From positions 1 to 49,064 of the forward strand of contig JALAGF010001350.1 of NCBI GenBank assembly GCA_030167865.1: 49,064 nucleotides of DNA. Reading direction: 5' to 3'. How positions within the stretch are numbered: position 1 is the stretch's first letter; each line of letters begins with the position of its first letter. The stretch is from Craspedostauros australis (lineage: Eukaryota). Shown here in pieces: positions 26,584 through 39,630 of this stretch. The position numbers were made by a program, and so were the translations under genes. The notes below the pieces were generated by a model that saw nothing but the letters and a program-made list of their open reading frames with translations, had not been told where the DNA came from and did not search any database.

Positions 26584-27222
26584 GAAGCAACTCACTCAAC
26601 AAGGGAGTATTATATGGATTAGTACGGTTCTTCCTCTCTTGCAATGCTACAGTGTTCCCTCTTTCTCCCTCCGACTTCTCTTTTGATGAAACCAAACACA
26701 ACAACGAAAGGGGATTGATGTGAGGAATGGCTTCGATGAAGTTGCAGCCACCTCGCCCCGCTTGTTGTCAAGGATGTTCTCAAGGATCGAACTCGTGGTG
26801 TTCGCTGCTATGACCGTGGTGTTCTCAAGACGCGTAGAATCATTACTAAGTTCCACGTGCAAGCGTTGGATTCGGACGCAACAACGCCTGGCATCCGTCC
26901 TTCGACCGCTTCACGATTCAATTTTCTGTTGAATCTTGTGCGACGCGCGAAGAATTGTGTTCTGTCATGTCCGTGTTGTCACGCTCGTTGTTGTTGGAGG
27001 GAATTGAAGAGCCAGACTGCATCGCATCACCACGTTGGGAGGGAAGAATCGCAACGATGACGGAATATAGCAGACAACATGTTGGAAAGCCATTCCTAAT
27101 ACTATACTCGAATATAGTACTGCTCTGTGTTGCTATATTCATTGATCTACATCGACGATCATGAAGGATCTCTCCTCTGCCCTCAGAGAATCTGTCTAAT
27201 CCAATCTGCACCCACCACAGTG

Positions 27223-27837
27223 TCATATCTTCTGCTGCTCCCTGCCCACCCAGTAATTCGATCCGTAGTCAAAGCAAAGCTCCTCACCCGCCTGTATCTG
27301 CCTGGCCGTGAAGAAGGCAACTTCCCCATCTTCCAACAGACGCAAACAGTTTGCCTGCGTGTTCTGCTCGTCGCCGTCGGCGTGATTCAAGAAGACGGGG
27401 CAGAACTGATCCCTCGTTTTCGACCATTCGTATCCATCCAGGAAGGTCTGCCCGCCATCGACGCCGATCACGTAATCCATGTTCGTCGCGCCCGACGCCA
27501 CCATCTCGTCGAGTTTCTCGCGTGACGTGATGCGGTTGCCTGGATAGAATCCCAGGAATGCGTGCTGCGCGATGGTCGTCGTGGCAAACACCCCAAATCC
27601 TTTGGGCGTGCCCGTGTCGCGAACATCCAGCGATTGCAGGGTTGCATCATCGGCCGTGCTGCCCATCGCGGGGAAGGGTGGCAGTCCTTCTTGATCTTGC
27701 AGTTGGATGCGCAGCACGCCGCTATTGTCCAAGCGTATCCTGCCTCCGCCTGGCAAGGGGATCTGCCAGGCCTGTGCGGGGTTGTGCAGACTGAGAAGCG
27801 ATGCTGCGAAGATGCACCGCCTAATGGATCTCGTCAT
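27223..27837 (-). CDS. Small SET-domain protein (lysine methyltransferase-like) with signal peptide
   Basis: KGFGVFA, FLNH, GEELCFDYG..YW. N-terminal signal peptide ending AQA|W. Confidence 0.9.
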   Translation of the reverse strand: MTRSIRRCIFAASLLSLHNPAQAWQIPLPGGGRIRLDNSGVLRIQLQDQEGLPPFPAMGSTADDATLQSLDVRDTGTPKGFGVFATTTIAQHAFLGFYPGNRITSREKLDEMVASGATNMDYVIGVDGGQTFLDGYEWSKTRDQFCPVFLNHADGDEQNTQANCLRLLEDGEVAFFTARQIQAGEELCFDYGSNYWVGREQQKI

Positions 27838-29604
27838 ACTCCAAAGTACTCTATTCCTCTTTATGTTGGTCGTTATCTTACGTCACTGGTGGTGTGTACG
27901 ATGAATAGAGTAGCAGTATTACATTATATAATAGAAAATGTACGAGCAGGAATGGTGTCTCTTTGTGCACCCATGTTGGGCCTTGCTCAATTGTGTGCCT
28001 TGTGTGGTCGCTGTTGGTTGCGCGCCACAAACGAGTTCGTTGTGGTCGCGACAGGCGACACGTCCGTATCTTTGATTCGTTCGACCTGGAGCGAGCGCCA
28101 AAAATGTTTGGATTTGTGGTCAGGTCCGTTTCCAGTGTTCATCGCCTTGCATCCGTCGCAGGACGTGTTCCGTCCCAGTTCCTATCCCAATACTATGTTC
28201 CACGTGCAGTACTTCGGCTCTTCAGTGACTGTATCGATGAAGCTCCACTTTGCACAAGATGGAGAAAGGGGCGCATGAATTGCGTTGCTCGCTTCTTCGA
28301 ACTTATTGTACAATACTTGCAGAGATTGTCATGTCCATACGTAGTGATAGTTTCATGCACTCTCTTTCCAGCAAAATGCCCTATTCCACTTCGAGCAATC
28401 CTTTCTTGTTCATTTGCTGTTGACTAGTGTTGGCGATGATGGTAGGGTTTGGAGGTCTTCAGCACCTACTTGATTGGTTGAGAACCTGATGGAGCCCGTA
28501 GCCCTGCTTTCTTTGTGCGATTGATTGTCGATTGTTGCATCATGCTACGAGGCTGTTCTTGGTCGGTCCATGACAGCGATACCAATATGTGCTCTAGAGT
28601 TGATAGTCCAGCACATATGCATGTATCTATGGAATCCGCGACTTCCATTTACGCTCTCATCCCAAGCATGGCTGTGCGGCCTCATCGGTGTGGAGCATCT
28701 CTTCATTTCTGGAGATCAATCCGTGCTAGATGGGATCGACACAGGCTGCGGGCGACCTGGACTGTTCAATTGGAGTGAATCATCCTCCAACCATGTGCTG
28801 GCAGGTGCATGGTTCGTGGTATCGCCCGTTGCCTGCGGGACATGCACTGATCTTGCCTGACATCGCTGGATCTGGCGCAATGACGATTCATTCTTGCCTC
28901 GCGCAACACCTCCCGCGTGTTAGGCAGTCGTAAGAGGTCCTCAGCTGCGTGCCAAGGACGTTGATCTGCCAGCATTGCTTTCATCGCAGACAATGTATGA
29001 GTAAGCAAAGTCGGATCACGGAACATCAAGACCTGGAATAATGGCTCGCTCAGTTTGAAATCTTCGGTGTCATGTCACCTCTCCACCTTCCATCTGGTGC
29101 TCCCATGGGCGGTCCATGCCATGCCATGCCCTCTGGTATCAAGATGCTACGGCGATTGATGGTGTGAAGATAAGGGGCTACGCAGGAGTTTCCATTGGAC
29201 GAAGATCGACATGCAATCACAGCCGATCAGGACAACGGATGTCGAACTAAGGATGTGTACAACATGGCTTGGACGGTAGAATCGCATGTCGTCGGAGAGC
29301 ACAAGAGTATGTTGCACCAGACCAGTCAACCAACCGCACCGCAATGCAACACGGAACATGGGACGAAGAGACAACCGATGGCATGCAGCGCGCTCTCTCT
29401 CTCGCTCTGACCCATACCCTCTGGTGCAAATGAGAACAAGAAGCTCTTCTTGCTGCATTCTGCTTGGGTTTGAATCGGAAGCAAGCCAATCAACAAGTGC
29501 GTACGAGACAGATAGACAAAGAGAGAGAGGATTGCACTGAGCTCGGATTCCGAGTTCCAACTTTTCTGATGACAGACAATGTCATCGTGGCTCCCGTCAT
29601 GGCA

Positions 29605-29640
<36 letters not shown>
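29605..29640. repeat. (CAT)12 microsatellite
   Basis: Directly visible. Confidence 0.95.
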
Positions 29641-29641
<1 letters not shown>

Positions 29642-32600
29642 GCAACCATCGTCGTCGTCCTCGTGGTGACTCCCGACATATTGCACGTTCTCACATCACG
29701 GTCACCATCCCATCAACTTCGATTCCTCCGATCATCGACACGGTTGCAAATTGACGAGGGCGTAATCATTCAAGATGGAGAGATCACAGAATCGTTGACG
29801 TCAACCTCGCCATCGACATCCGCCGTCTGCAGAGAACAAGGTTCAAATGAGAAGCTATTGCACGCCAAAGACTGACACCCGTGTTCTTCATCCAAGAAGG
29901 GCATCAGCCATCTGCTAGCAAGATTGATTGATCAGTTTCAGAATGGGTCTGTGGCATCCATTCCAGACGTTCACAAGTGAAGCTCTTATGAACTATCGAC
30001 ATCGAAACAGAGTCTTTAACACACCTCGGCATCTTTGTCGTCCTGCTCTTCCTCGTTCACCTCCTCCTCCGCTCTGTGCCTCAGACGTGAGCCTCCAAAG
30101 GTGATGCTCATTGTGCTCCGTACCATCTTCTTCCTTCATCCAAACCGGACCACTCCTTCAGCAAGTAATCTTTGCCACTCGGTGCTTTTGTCTTGGAGTC
30201 TTTCAGACGGTTCCAGCAACTGGGACTTCCCTCGAAGCAGCGTCCATACAGTAGATGCCAGTGGGTGGTGATACGGCCATCCATGCGAGGCTAAGGCTCG
30301 TCCAGAGAAGCCGTTGCCCCTGGTACTTGCTCCACATACCCAAGACATGCACAAACAAGTAAGAAATCGAGCGGGAGCACTTGCGATGTAGTGATACAAA
30401 CAGAGACATGCATTTGCGTGTCTGGATGTGCGTATGTGTATGGTATGTGTCCATGTATGGGTATGGCCCGCTTTGCATTCCTCCATCTCCATGTATCTCA
30501 TTGTGTTCCATTGCGTCTTGCTGCGGTGACCGTGAAAACGAAGATGATGAGCAAGACACCGCATACCTACTCCTCTTGGTACATTTCCTACAGCAGAGTT
30601 ATCTTCCTCCACCATCCTCGTGCAATGTCCAGAAGGTCACAGCATCCCCTTTACCTCGCTACTCGTACTCTGGAGAACTTCTCTGTTTCTCAGACACGCA
30701 CGGAGATCCTCGGTGAGATCCAGACTTTGATCCTCTTTCACGTGCCTCCATCTCTGCCCGTTCACTCATCAAAACGTGCGGCAATACGTTTCTGTCAGAT
30801 TCCTACAGCAGAGAAACCAGTGACTTTGCCACTTGATTCTTGCCACGAGCAAGAATAGTCGTTCGAGTTGGATGTCCCCCTGATCGTTGTGATGTCTCGT
30901 GAACTTCCATGCACCCAGGACCCCACCGTTTTCCGCCTCATGGAAATGGACAGGAAATCGATGAGGGGAAATGTCAACCCTGCGATCGCCTTCAACAAAC
31001 TCGAACTTGTGGATGGAGCATGTCTGCCATGTGCGGATGATTGGTTGGCGAGCACCGCTGAAAGAGAAGCGTGGCATTCTGGATTGCGCGTAACCCAAAA
31101 ACTCACCTCACGTCTCGCGCTCGCCGTCACTCATCAATTCGACGGCGCCCCTCTCAGGTAGCGATTCTTCGTATCCCATCGCATGCTTTGTCATGCTTCA
31201 ACTCCATTCGATACTCTGCCACACTCAAGAACCATGAGGAACATCGGATGAAGGTTGCGGAATCTTTGGATACTGTGCCAAAAGGAAGCAAAAGCGAAAG
31301 AGAGACACGCACACATCACATGAACGCAAGCTATCAAATATGAATGCGAGTAGAGTACTCCAACGTACTCGGATGGTATCTTGCCCATGAACAGACGTGC
31401 ACATGGCGAAGACTCTTGTCTTCGAAATCCATTCGGGCGAAAGGCCGTCGCGTGGGCCTCTGGCGGCAACCAAACGAGCTACGGCAATTGCGCCAAAATC
31501 GCAACTCCGACGAAAGGATACCAGTTTCTGGCGCGTGATCTGCCCACTGTTGGAAAACGAATGAGACGACCGTTGATGTTGCACTTCTCGTCGACTTCGG
31601 TCACGATGTCATGATGTCTAAGTTGACTGACGGATGCGCAGAATGCAGACGAAACCGCCATGTGGAACGCCTTCTGCCTCGTTCCGTGAGTACAAGTGCG
31701 TGTGGAATGTACTGATGCAGTACTATTACAGTGGACATAGGGATAGGTATGGTGTCAACGGTGGGTATGTACAGCTGTTGCGATGATGCGGCATCTCTGC
31801 ACGGTGAAGTCAAGTTGCATCCTCTTGCCTCCCTTGCGTTTCGTTGATTCTCTCTCTCTCTCTCTTGCTGCACACGCCACTTTCACTGCACATTGGATTG
31901 GATGTATTCCTCTCGTGCTCTTCATGTTTCCGCACTAACCCCAAGGAAGATCAAGCACTCCACTACCACATTCTACTTCGCTCTACACATACGTGCTCTA
32001 CTCGACCTCTCCTCTACTATTCTATTCTATTCTGCATACAATACTCCGGTACTACGGCTACTCGTGCTTCTACAAGTATCTGTGTCCAGAGTAGGTCATA
32101 TCTCGCGCGCACCATTTGTGGTCTTGTCCCAACTTGTCCGACCAATTCGCTCCCGCTGCCAAACCTCCCCGCCCAGTCACAGCACTAGGACAAAGACGAA
32201 AAACTGTTAAGTATTCCAGTGATGATCAGACGTGCAGATTCACATGCAGTTAATGCCGATGGCATCCCGTTGTTATGCCTAGTGACGTTGGGAGAACAAG
32301 GTCGCGACTTGTTCCGTCCCCATGAGCCATCTGCCAGTGGTTGGTGTCTTCGTTGTTCCCTGCCTGGCTGAACCGAACCCCGAATTGGGCAAAACCGCCT
32401 CGTCGACATCGCCCCCACCATCAATGGTTGGTGTTTGCCAGACACAACAGCAGAAGGACGAGCATCGATGACGACCATCAATGACGAGCGGCTGTTGGCC
32501 GCGTCATGTGTCTCGTGACGGTTGTGCTGCAGATGTCGGTGTCCGTCCTCTGCTGCATGCATCCGTACTCTGCCTACGGAGTCGTTCCATCGTTGGTCTG

Positions 32601-32949
32601 TGGACGCACACACTCCACCAATTGATGTGCTTGCCAATGTCCTTGTGATCTCCGTTCTGCGTTGCTTCACACCCACTTCGTTTTGATTTGATTTGGTTGG
32701 TCCATCCTGATCCTCTCTTCTTCGAACTTTGTTTTCCTCATAAAATCCAACAGGAGGCGAGGAACATCACTCCACTCCACCACAACCAGCAACCACAACA
32801 ACAGCAACAACCACAATCACAACCACAACCACAACCACCTCATTCCCCCGTTACCAATACCAAAAAGCAAGACCAATTGTAACAGCAATACAGCAACGCA
32901 GCTATCATAAAATACTTCCAAATCATATAATACAAATCAACAAACAATC

Positions 32950-34945
32950 ATGTGCAATCCAAACGTCGCTCTTGCCAGTAGAAAGCCAAAGGTGGTCGCC
33001 CGAGAGCAAGTCCCTCTCGCGCAGAACATCACGCTGCCCACCCCATCACCCCCTACCAATCCAACTGGAGGAGGACTCCCAGCGTCTAGCACGACGGAAA
33101 TCGCTTGCCAGGTTCTGAGGTCGCTCTTCTCGAAGCACCCGACATCAACGGATGCGTCTCATCCTGTTGGAAGCAGCATCGCAGTCCCAGCGAATGGCGC
33201 TGCTGCCGCCTTCCCCTCCTTTGGCCATGGCGGGATTTGCTTCATCCCCGCCATCGTCAGCCCTGTGGATCACGCCGGTAACGCTGTGAATCCATCACTA
33301 CCAGCAGCAGCAACAACAGCAACTGCGGCCTCAGCTGGAGCTGCAACGGCCACGACCACGCTAGCCTTTCCCGACGTCAAGGCTACATGGTCGTACTCTG
33401 CCATTCCATCCGGCCCAGTGACCATCGGATCGGACGCGACAGTGCAAGCCGTGGTGCCCGTGGAGAAGACCAAGCCAAAGCGCCGACGCCGCAAGCCCCA
33501 GAAGCCCGGCAAGACCGCCAAGAACCAGGAGCGCCACTTTGTGGTCCACAACTACACCGACCGCGCCGACGCCGTGGACATGGACGCCCACGAAAAGTCC
33601 AGCAAGAACCGCAGCGGGTCGTCAACTTCCTTCCCCATGAAGTTGCACTCCGTGCTGGAGCAGGTGGAGCAGGCTGGATACACGCACATCGTCTCATGGC
33701 AGCCACACGGACGCTGCTTCGTCATTCACAAGCCAAAGCAATTCGTTTCCGAGGTGATGCCGAAGTACTTCCGCCAAACCAAGCTCACCAGCTTCCAACG
33801 CCAGCTCAATCTATACGGCTTCAATCGCATCACGCGGGGCCCAGATGAGGGAGGATACTACAACGAATACTTCCTGCGCGGCAAAGCCTTTCTGTGCAAG
33901 AACATGATGCGCACCAAAGTCAAGGGCACCCGCTTTAAGGCCGCCAGCAGCCCAGAGCTCGAGCCAAACTTCTACACGATGGTAAGTCCGCAATCGAAGT
34001 ATTCCTCCATGCTCTCATTCCTCTGGGAGTTTTCGCCTTGCTCCTTTCCTTCCTCTTCATGATTGTGCGTTCCATTGAGCAGACGTGCACTCTAACGCAA
34101 CTAACCCTTCCCTTTGCACCCATGCCAAATACGTACTTGCGTATTTTCATTCATATTCGGATTTGTTCTTGCAACTGCCTATTCGTACTCGTACCTCCAA
34201 CGCCATTCGCAACGTCACCCACCTTTCCTCTCAATTCCTACAGAAGCCAATCGCGGTCCGAGCCCCCACCCCACCAGCGCTGCCGGTGAAGCTCACGCCG
34301 ATCGCAGAGGACCCATCCGCGTCTGCAGCACAGCCCAAGTTCGTGCTGACCATTCCAAACACGCAAGGGCATGGCTCAACCGCTCACACGGTCACCCCGC
34401 ACCCTTCATTGAACAGCCTGCTATTGACCGCCCATCCCAGCCTTGGCAACGGTCACCACCAACAATACACGCTAGCAACTCCCTCTATCGCTACATCCGA
34501 CCCCAATATCGCATTCACCAGCCTCGCCCACCAGGCCTCTCCTGCAGAGAATGCTAACCAAGTGCATCTGAGCATCGACGCGAACGCCACAGCGAGCAAC
34601 AGCCAGCCCGCCGCCCACAGCAACGCGTTTCTGAACCAAACTTTCGCCCTTCCTTCCGTGTCCAGCGTAGCATTCCTGCAGCAGCCAGCTGCCCAGCCGG
34701 CCATGCACCATCACGTGTACCAGCCAGCGGCAACGGCAACGTTCGCAGACGCAATGGACCCTCCCGTCGAGGATATGTTCAACCAAGAAGACGGACACGA
34801 TGACGAGGAGCACATCCTCGACTTCGTGAACACTTGGCACACGGGAAAGCACGAAGAGCACGAAATGGAGGTTCCGGAGTGCGCAGATAACGTGAATGAC
34901 TCGCAGATGGGCGACATGCTGGACCAACTCTTGGCGGAGGTATGA
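32950..34945 (+). CDS. Heat-shock transcription factor (HSF-type DNA-binding); exons 32950-33981 and 34244-34945
   Basis: FPMKLH, IVSWQPHGRCFVIHKP, SFQRQLNLYGFNRI, GGYYNEYFLRG, EPNFY. Phase-0 intron 33982-34243 (GTAAGT...ACAG). Acidic C-terminus. Confidence 0.94.
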
Positions 34946-35857
34946 CGGTCAGCTGGTTGGTCGTCCTGTCGTGGTGGCATGCAGCTCGTACGACTATCAT
35001 GCTTGTAGTCGTCACTCTACTCCACATCGTCGCACGAGTACGTGCCCAATACGACAGAACGATCCAGAATCATATTATGTTCTACACGCTACTCTCAATC
35101 CATGTACCTACCAATATTAACATATAATACTGTTCTAGTCTACGCTATACGAATCCAAAGAAACATACGGCTATTCTGTGCATAGTCGTAGTGCTTTCCT
35201 CTGCTCTGGCTTGTGCTCTCTTTGATGAAGCTGTTGCGTTGTGTGCAGCAGTGGTGATCGTCGTTTGGCTGGAGTGGATTGGGTTGGACATCGAACAGTT
35301 TCGAACTTCGCCCTTCAGGTTTTTGGATGGCGAAGAACGCTTCTCTAGTCGACTCGATGGATTGATCTTGTTCTTCAGATGAGTCGACTTGGTCAATGGT
35401 GGGAATGTCAAAATGTCTTCTTGCACGCAGCATCGAACCACGGAAGCAACACAGCAACGCTGCACAGAGACGATGACAATGGCGAGAAACGGGACGGCGA
35501 AGAAGTTCATCGCTCGCGCCGCATCATGAGCAAGAGGCAGTTCTTGTGCGAGTTACCTACGATCTGTTGTGCTATTTGCCATACCTCATGTTATTTGTGC
35601 ATGAGTGAGTGTCCGCAGCATACCGTGCCTCTACATACCATACACAACAAGTCCGTGCTCTACTCGCACATCGAGTGGCGAGACGCAGTCCGCAGAACAG
35701 CGCAGAGGAGGACCAATCGCTGATCGTGCGGTGGCTTGAGCGGAACAGCAACCACGACTGCCTTGAAACGCAAGCAAGAACGATTCATTCTCGCGCCATT
35801 CTCTGCCCTGCCCTGCTCTGCTCTACTCTCTCCAGAGAGTAACACAGCATCGACACC

Positions 35858-38800
35858 ATGAGACAAGGGAGCCTTTCCTTCACGGACCCGCCGTCGCAGC
35901 ACATGGGACAGCATCAGCAACATGGCGACGCCCACTTCAACCGCAGCATCGACTCCAGACGCAAGGCCGTATCGTGCTGCGACTGCCGCTGCTGCTGCGA
36001 CGCGAGTCCCATGCAGCAATGCCTGCAGCGCGTCAGCCACCAGATCCGCGGCACCGTGCTGTGGAAGAGCCTCAACGTCTTCTTCACGTTCGTGCTGCTG
36101 TTCGGCTCGCCGTTGCAAACGCTGGCGGCGCCCAAGAGCTGGGATCTGGGATTCGACATCCTCTACACCACCACGCTGTCCTTCTTCTTGCTCGACATGC
36201 TCTTCAGCTTCCTCACGGACCGCGAGTACTTCTCGATGTGTCGCCGCACGCCGTTGGACAACGCGGTGGCTCAGTCGACGCCCTCGTCGTGGCGATGCAA
36301 GTTCGGCTCCTTCAACTTCTGGTGCGATGTCATCTCCACGGCGACGTTGGTGGCCGACATATCTTACGTCAATCGAGAAGGCTTCGAGATCAAGCGCCTG
36401 GACATTGAGTTGAATCAATTTGGGTTGCCGGTGAGTTGTGGGACGGTTGTGAGAAGGTTGTGAGACGGTGATGTTCTTGTGCTTGTGCTTGTGCTTGTGC
36501 ATATGCGTTGGTGTTAGTATTGATGTTGATATTGATGTCTCTGCTGTGGCCATTCATCACTTCACCATTTCCAAACCTCTCACTCACACACTTGCATGCA
36601 ATTGCATACACTCGAATCCACTTGCATACTCTCGAATCCACTCACATGTACAGACAAACTTTGGCGAACAAATCAATCCACCAATCCCCATCGCGGTCGA
36701 TTCGGAGATCCTCGTGGTCATCGCAAGAGCCGCCCGCATTGCTCGCTCGGTGCCCTCGTCCACCGTGGTGGAGGTATCGTTGTGGCTCAACCTCTACTGG
36801 TACATCGAACGCCTCATGCCGGGATTTTACATCGGCAAGATCCAATCGTGGCGACAGAGGAAGCAGAAGGAGGACGAGGCTGCCAAGAACCCACCCACGA
36901 GACGCCCGGTTGATCTCAAGGAATCCGTCTTCGCCGCCAAGGCCAAGCAGCTGCAGGAGGCCAACGAGAAGCAGCAAGGCTTCATGACGGCCTCTCTGCG
37001 CTCCGGCATGCGCTTCCTCGGTCTGGCACCGGACTCAAACCTCGAACTCAAGCGCAACATGGCCGCGACCAAGATCCAAAAGGCATGGAGGCGCAAGCAG
37101 ATGAGGCACAGCGCCATCCACGATATTGGTGCTCACGCAGGGGAGGACAACGAGAGCTCCTCGTGGCGTGGGCGATTCCGTCGATCGTCCGCCCTCATCC
37201 AACGGGTGTTTGGCAAACGGTCCTCACACCCACGCAACAGCCAGGCCTCCGAAGGCGGTTTGGAAAGCGCGCGCAACGCACAGAACGTCGTCGAAACCAA
37301 ACCAGAGTCGCAGCTGGGTACGGCCATGGGAGAACTGACGGGCCAACGATTGGCGCTCGGGGTCCTCTTCGGCCTCATCCTCACGAGTCTCCTCACGTAC
37401 CGGCAGGCCAATTCCACACCCGCCACAACCATGGTCATGCTGCATGGCCAGACCATCGCCAACGCCAATACGGATCACATCCAGCTGGCGTTGGGCGCGG
37501 CGCGCAACAGCTCCGCCACGGACCTCTTCTACTTCAAGAGCGATCGCTTGGATGACGGCGATACCAATATCGAGCTCGATTTCAAGGACAAGAAGGACAC
37601 CGACGATCTGCGCGATCGTGAAAAGCTCGCGATCACCGGTACGTTGGTTTGGTGTTTGTTGGTTCCTAAATGGCAATGTCAATCGTCGTTCGCGAAACTT
37701 GCATTGTTGCCGTTGGCGGTGCTGATCAACTCGTCCAGTTCGTTTCTCAACTCCACCATCCAACTCACTTTGTCCACCGTTCCCTTCATGTCCGTTCGTT
37801 TATCCAATTACGAATCGACCACTCTACCATACACATCTTCTGCGATACCGTTCATCATCATCATCATCATCATCAGTCATGTCCGATCTGGGAGTCACAA
37901 CAGGCATGTTTATGTACAGATCGCAACGTGAAGATGAGGCGCTCGTCGAGCTGCTCTCAACAATCTTCGTGCTTCTCATGTGGTTCCTGGGCGTGACGGC
38001 ATTCGCGGGACCAGTCATGACGTTGGTCATCACACCGATCGAACGCATGGTCCGCCTGCTGCAGATGCTCATGCTCGACCCGTTGGGTTACCAAAGCTCT
38101 TCGCGTTTCAAGAAGTTCATGATCGAAGATGAGAAGCTCACGAAGGATTCGCGTTGGACCAAGGAGGTGCTCAAGGGCATGGAGACGTCCTTCCTCATGT
38201 CCACCATCCTGCGTATCGGTTCCTTGATGAAGGTCGGTTTCGGAAGTGCGGGAGTGGAGATCATCCGTAACAACCTGTCCGCAGGGCAGAGCACCAACAC
38301 GCTTTTCCTTCAATCCGAAGGTTCCACCGTGTCCTGCATCTTCTTGTTTTGCGACATCCGCCAATTCACCGACGCCACAGAGTCGCTGCAGGAGGAGGTG
38401 TTCGTCTTTACCAACCGCATCGCCGCCGTCGTGCATTCCAACTGCCACGCCTACGGTGGGTCCGCCAACAAGAACGTCGGCGACGCCTTCTTGGTGAGCT
38501 GGACCCTCGGCGAAGACAAGAAAGCGGTCGGTCATCATTACGGCGGCGGAGGCAATGAGCACTCCCTGTGCGCTAAGCACAATCAAGCCGACAAGTGCAT
38601 GCTCAGCGTGGTGCGCATTTGCATCGCATTGCGCTTCGATGACTTCTACCTCGAACCATTGTCCATCCCAGCACGCAATGCGCTGCTATCGAAGGTGAAG
38701 AAGCGCAGCGGTCCCGTCGTGCAGATGGGATTCGGTCTGCACGCCGGCAAGGCTGTTCAGGGTGCCATCGGTTCCCAGCGTAAAATCGATGCCACGTACG

Positions 38801-39630
38801 TCTCAGAGGCCGTGGAACGTGCGGAGTTCCTGGAGTCTTCCACGAAACTGTACGGCCTCCCGATGCTCATGTCGGACACATTCCACAGCCTCCTCCACTC
38901 CAGCAACCGACGTCGGTGCCGTAAGATCGATCAGATCATGTTCGAGAACGATGACGAAGAAGAGGAGGATGATTTCGACACTGGCGACCGGATGGACATG
39001 TACACGTACGACATGGACATCGGTGCGCTGAGCAGAAGCAATCCCGGGTTGCAAGGCGACGGACACGACGCGTTCGGCGGAGGCGGCGGATTGAACCGTC
39101 AGCAGTCGACACGCATCGGTCCCGGCGGCGGCACCGGGCGCAAGGTCCGCAACCGCCGCAAGAGCATGCTCGGATTCACCGACATGGGCAAGAGCGAGGA
39201 GATGAAATCCGGCCCTGCAGCATCCATGGAGACAGGAACCGTCACGAGCGCGACCACCAAGAGCACCGACGGCGTCAGCTCCGCCTTCTTCATCGGCGAC
39301 AGCGGCGACAACGCCAAGGGCGACGCGACACGTGGTGGACGAGCATCCGCGCAGAAACCGGAGCTGCCGACGGGTCCCAAGCCGTACAGCGCCAAGGACT
39401 GGCTCAAGGACGACATGAGCAAGATCCGCCAACGATACACAACCGTCATGTTCCAAAAGTTCAACACAGGCCTCGAAGCGTTCTACTCAAAGGATTGGGA
39501 CAGAGCCCGACAATGCTTCGAGAGCGTGCAGACCGATTTCCGCGACGGACCATCCGAATACTTTTTGGGACAAATCCTCAAGAACAATGGTCGACCACCA
39601 CGGGGATTCCAGCCGTACGGCAGGGCTTGA
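35858..39630 (+). CDS. Ion-channel-type class III adenylyl cyclase-like protein (voltage-sensor-like TMs, IQ, cyclase, TPR), paralog 1; exons 35858-36430, 36654-37638 and 37877-39630
   Basis: TM helices with FWCD and S4-like ARAARIAR; IQ motif AATKIQKAWRR; KVGFGSAG; FCDIRQFT, NKNVGDAFL, GFGLHAG, GAIGSQRKIDATY; C-terminal TPR-like FYSKDWDRARQCF...DGPS. Two canonical frame-restoring introns. Confidence 0.9.

Noticed and set aside
28585-28618. 9-bp inverted repeat ATATGTGCT/AGCACATAT
   Set aside because: Isolated, with no TSD or second copy; compatible with chance.
29326-29875. Poly-His, poly-Met and poly-Ile ORFs
   Set aside because: Translations of the (CAT)12 repeat.
31627-31655. CTGACGG...GAAAC hammerhead-like spacing
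   Set aside because: Core mismatch, and stem II does not pair.
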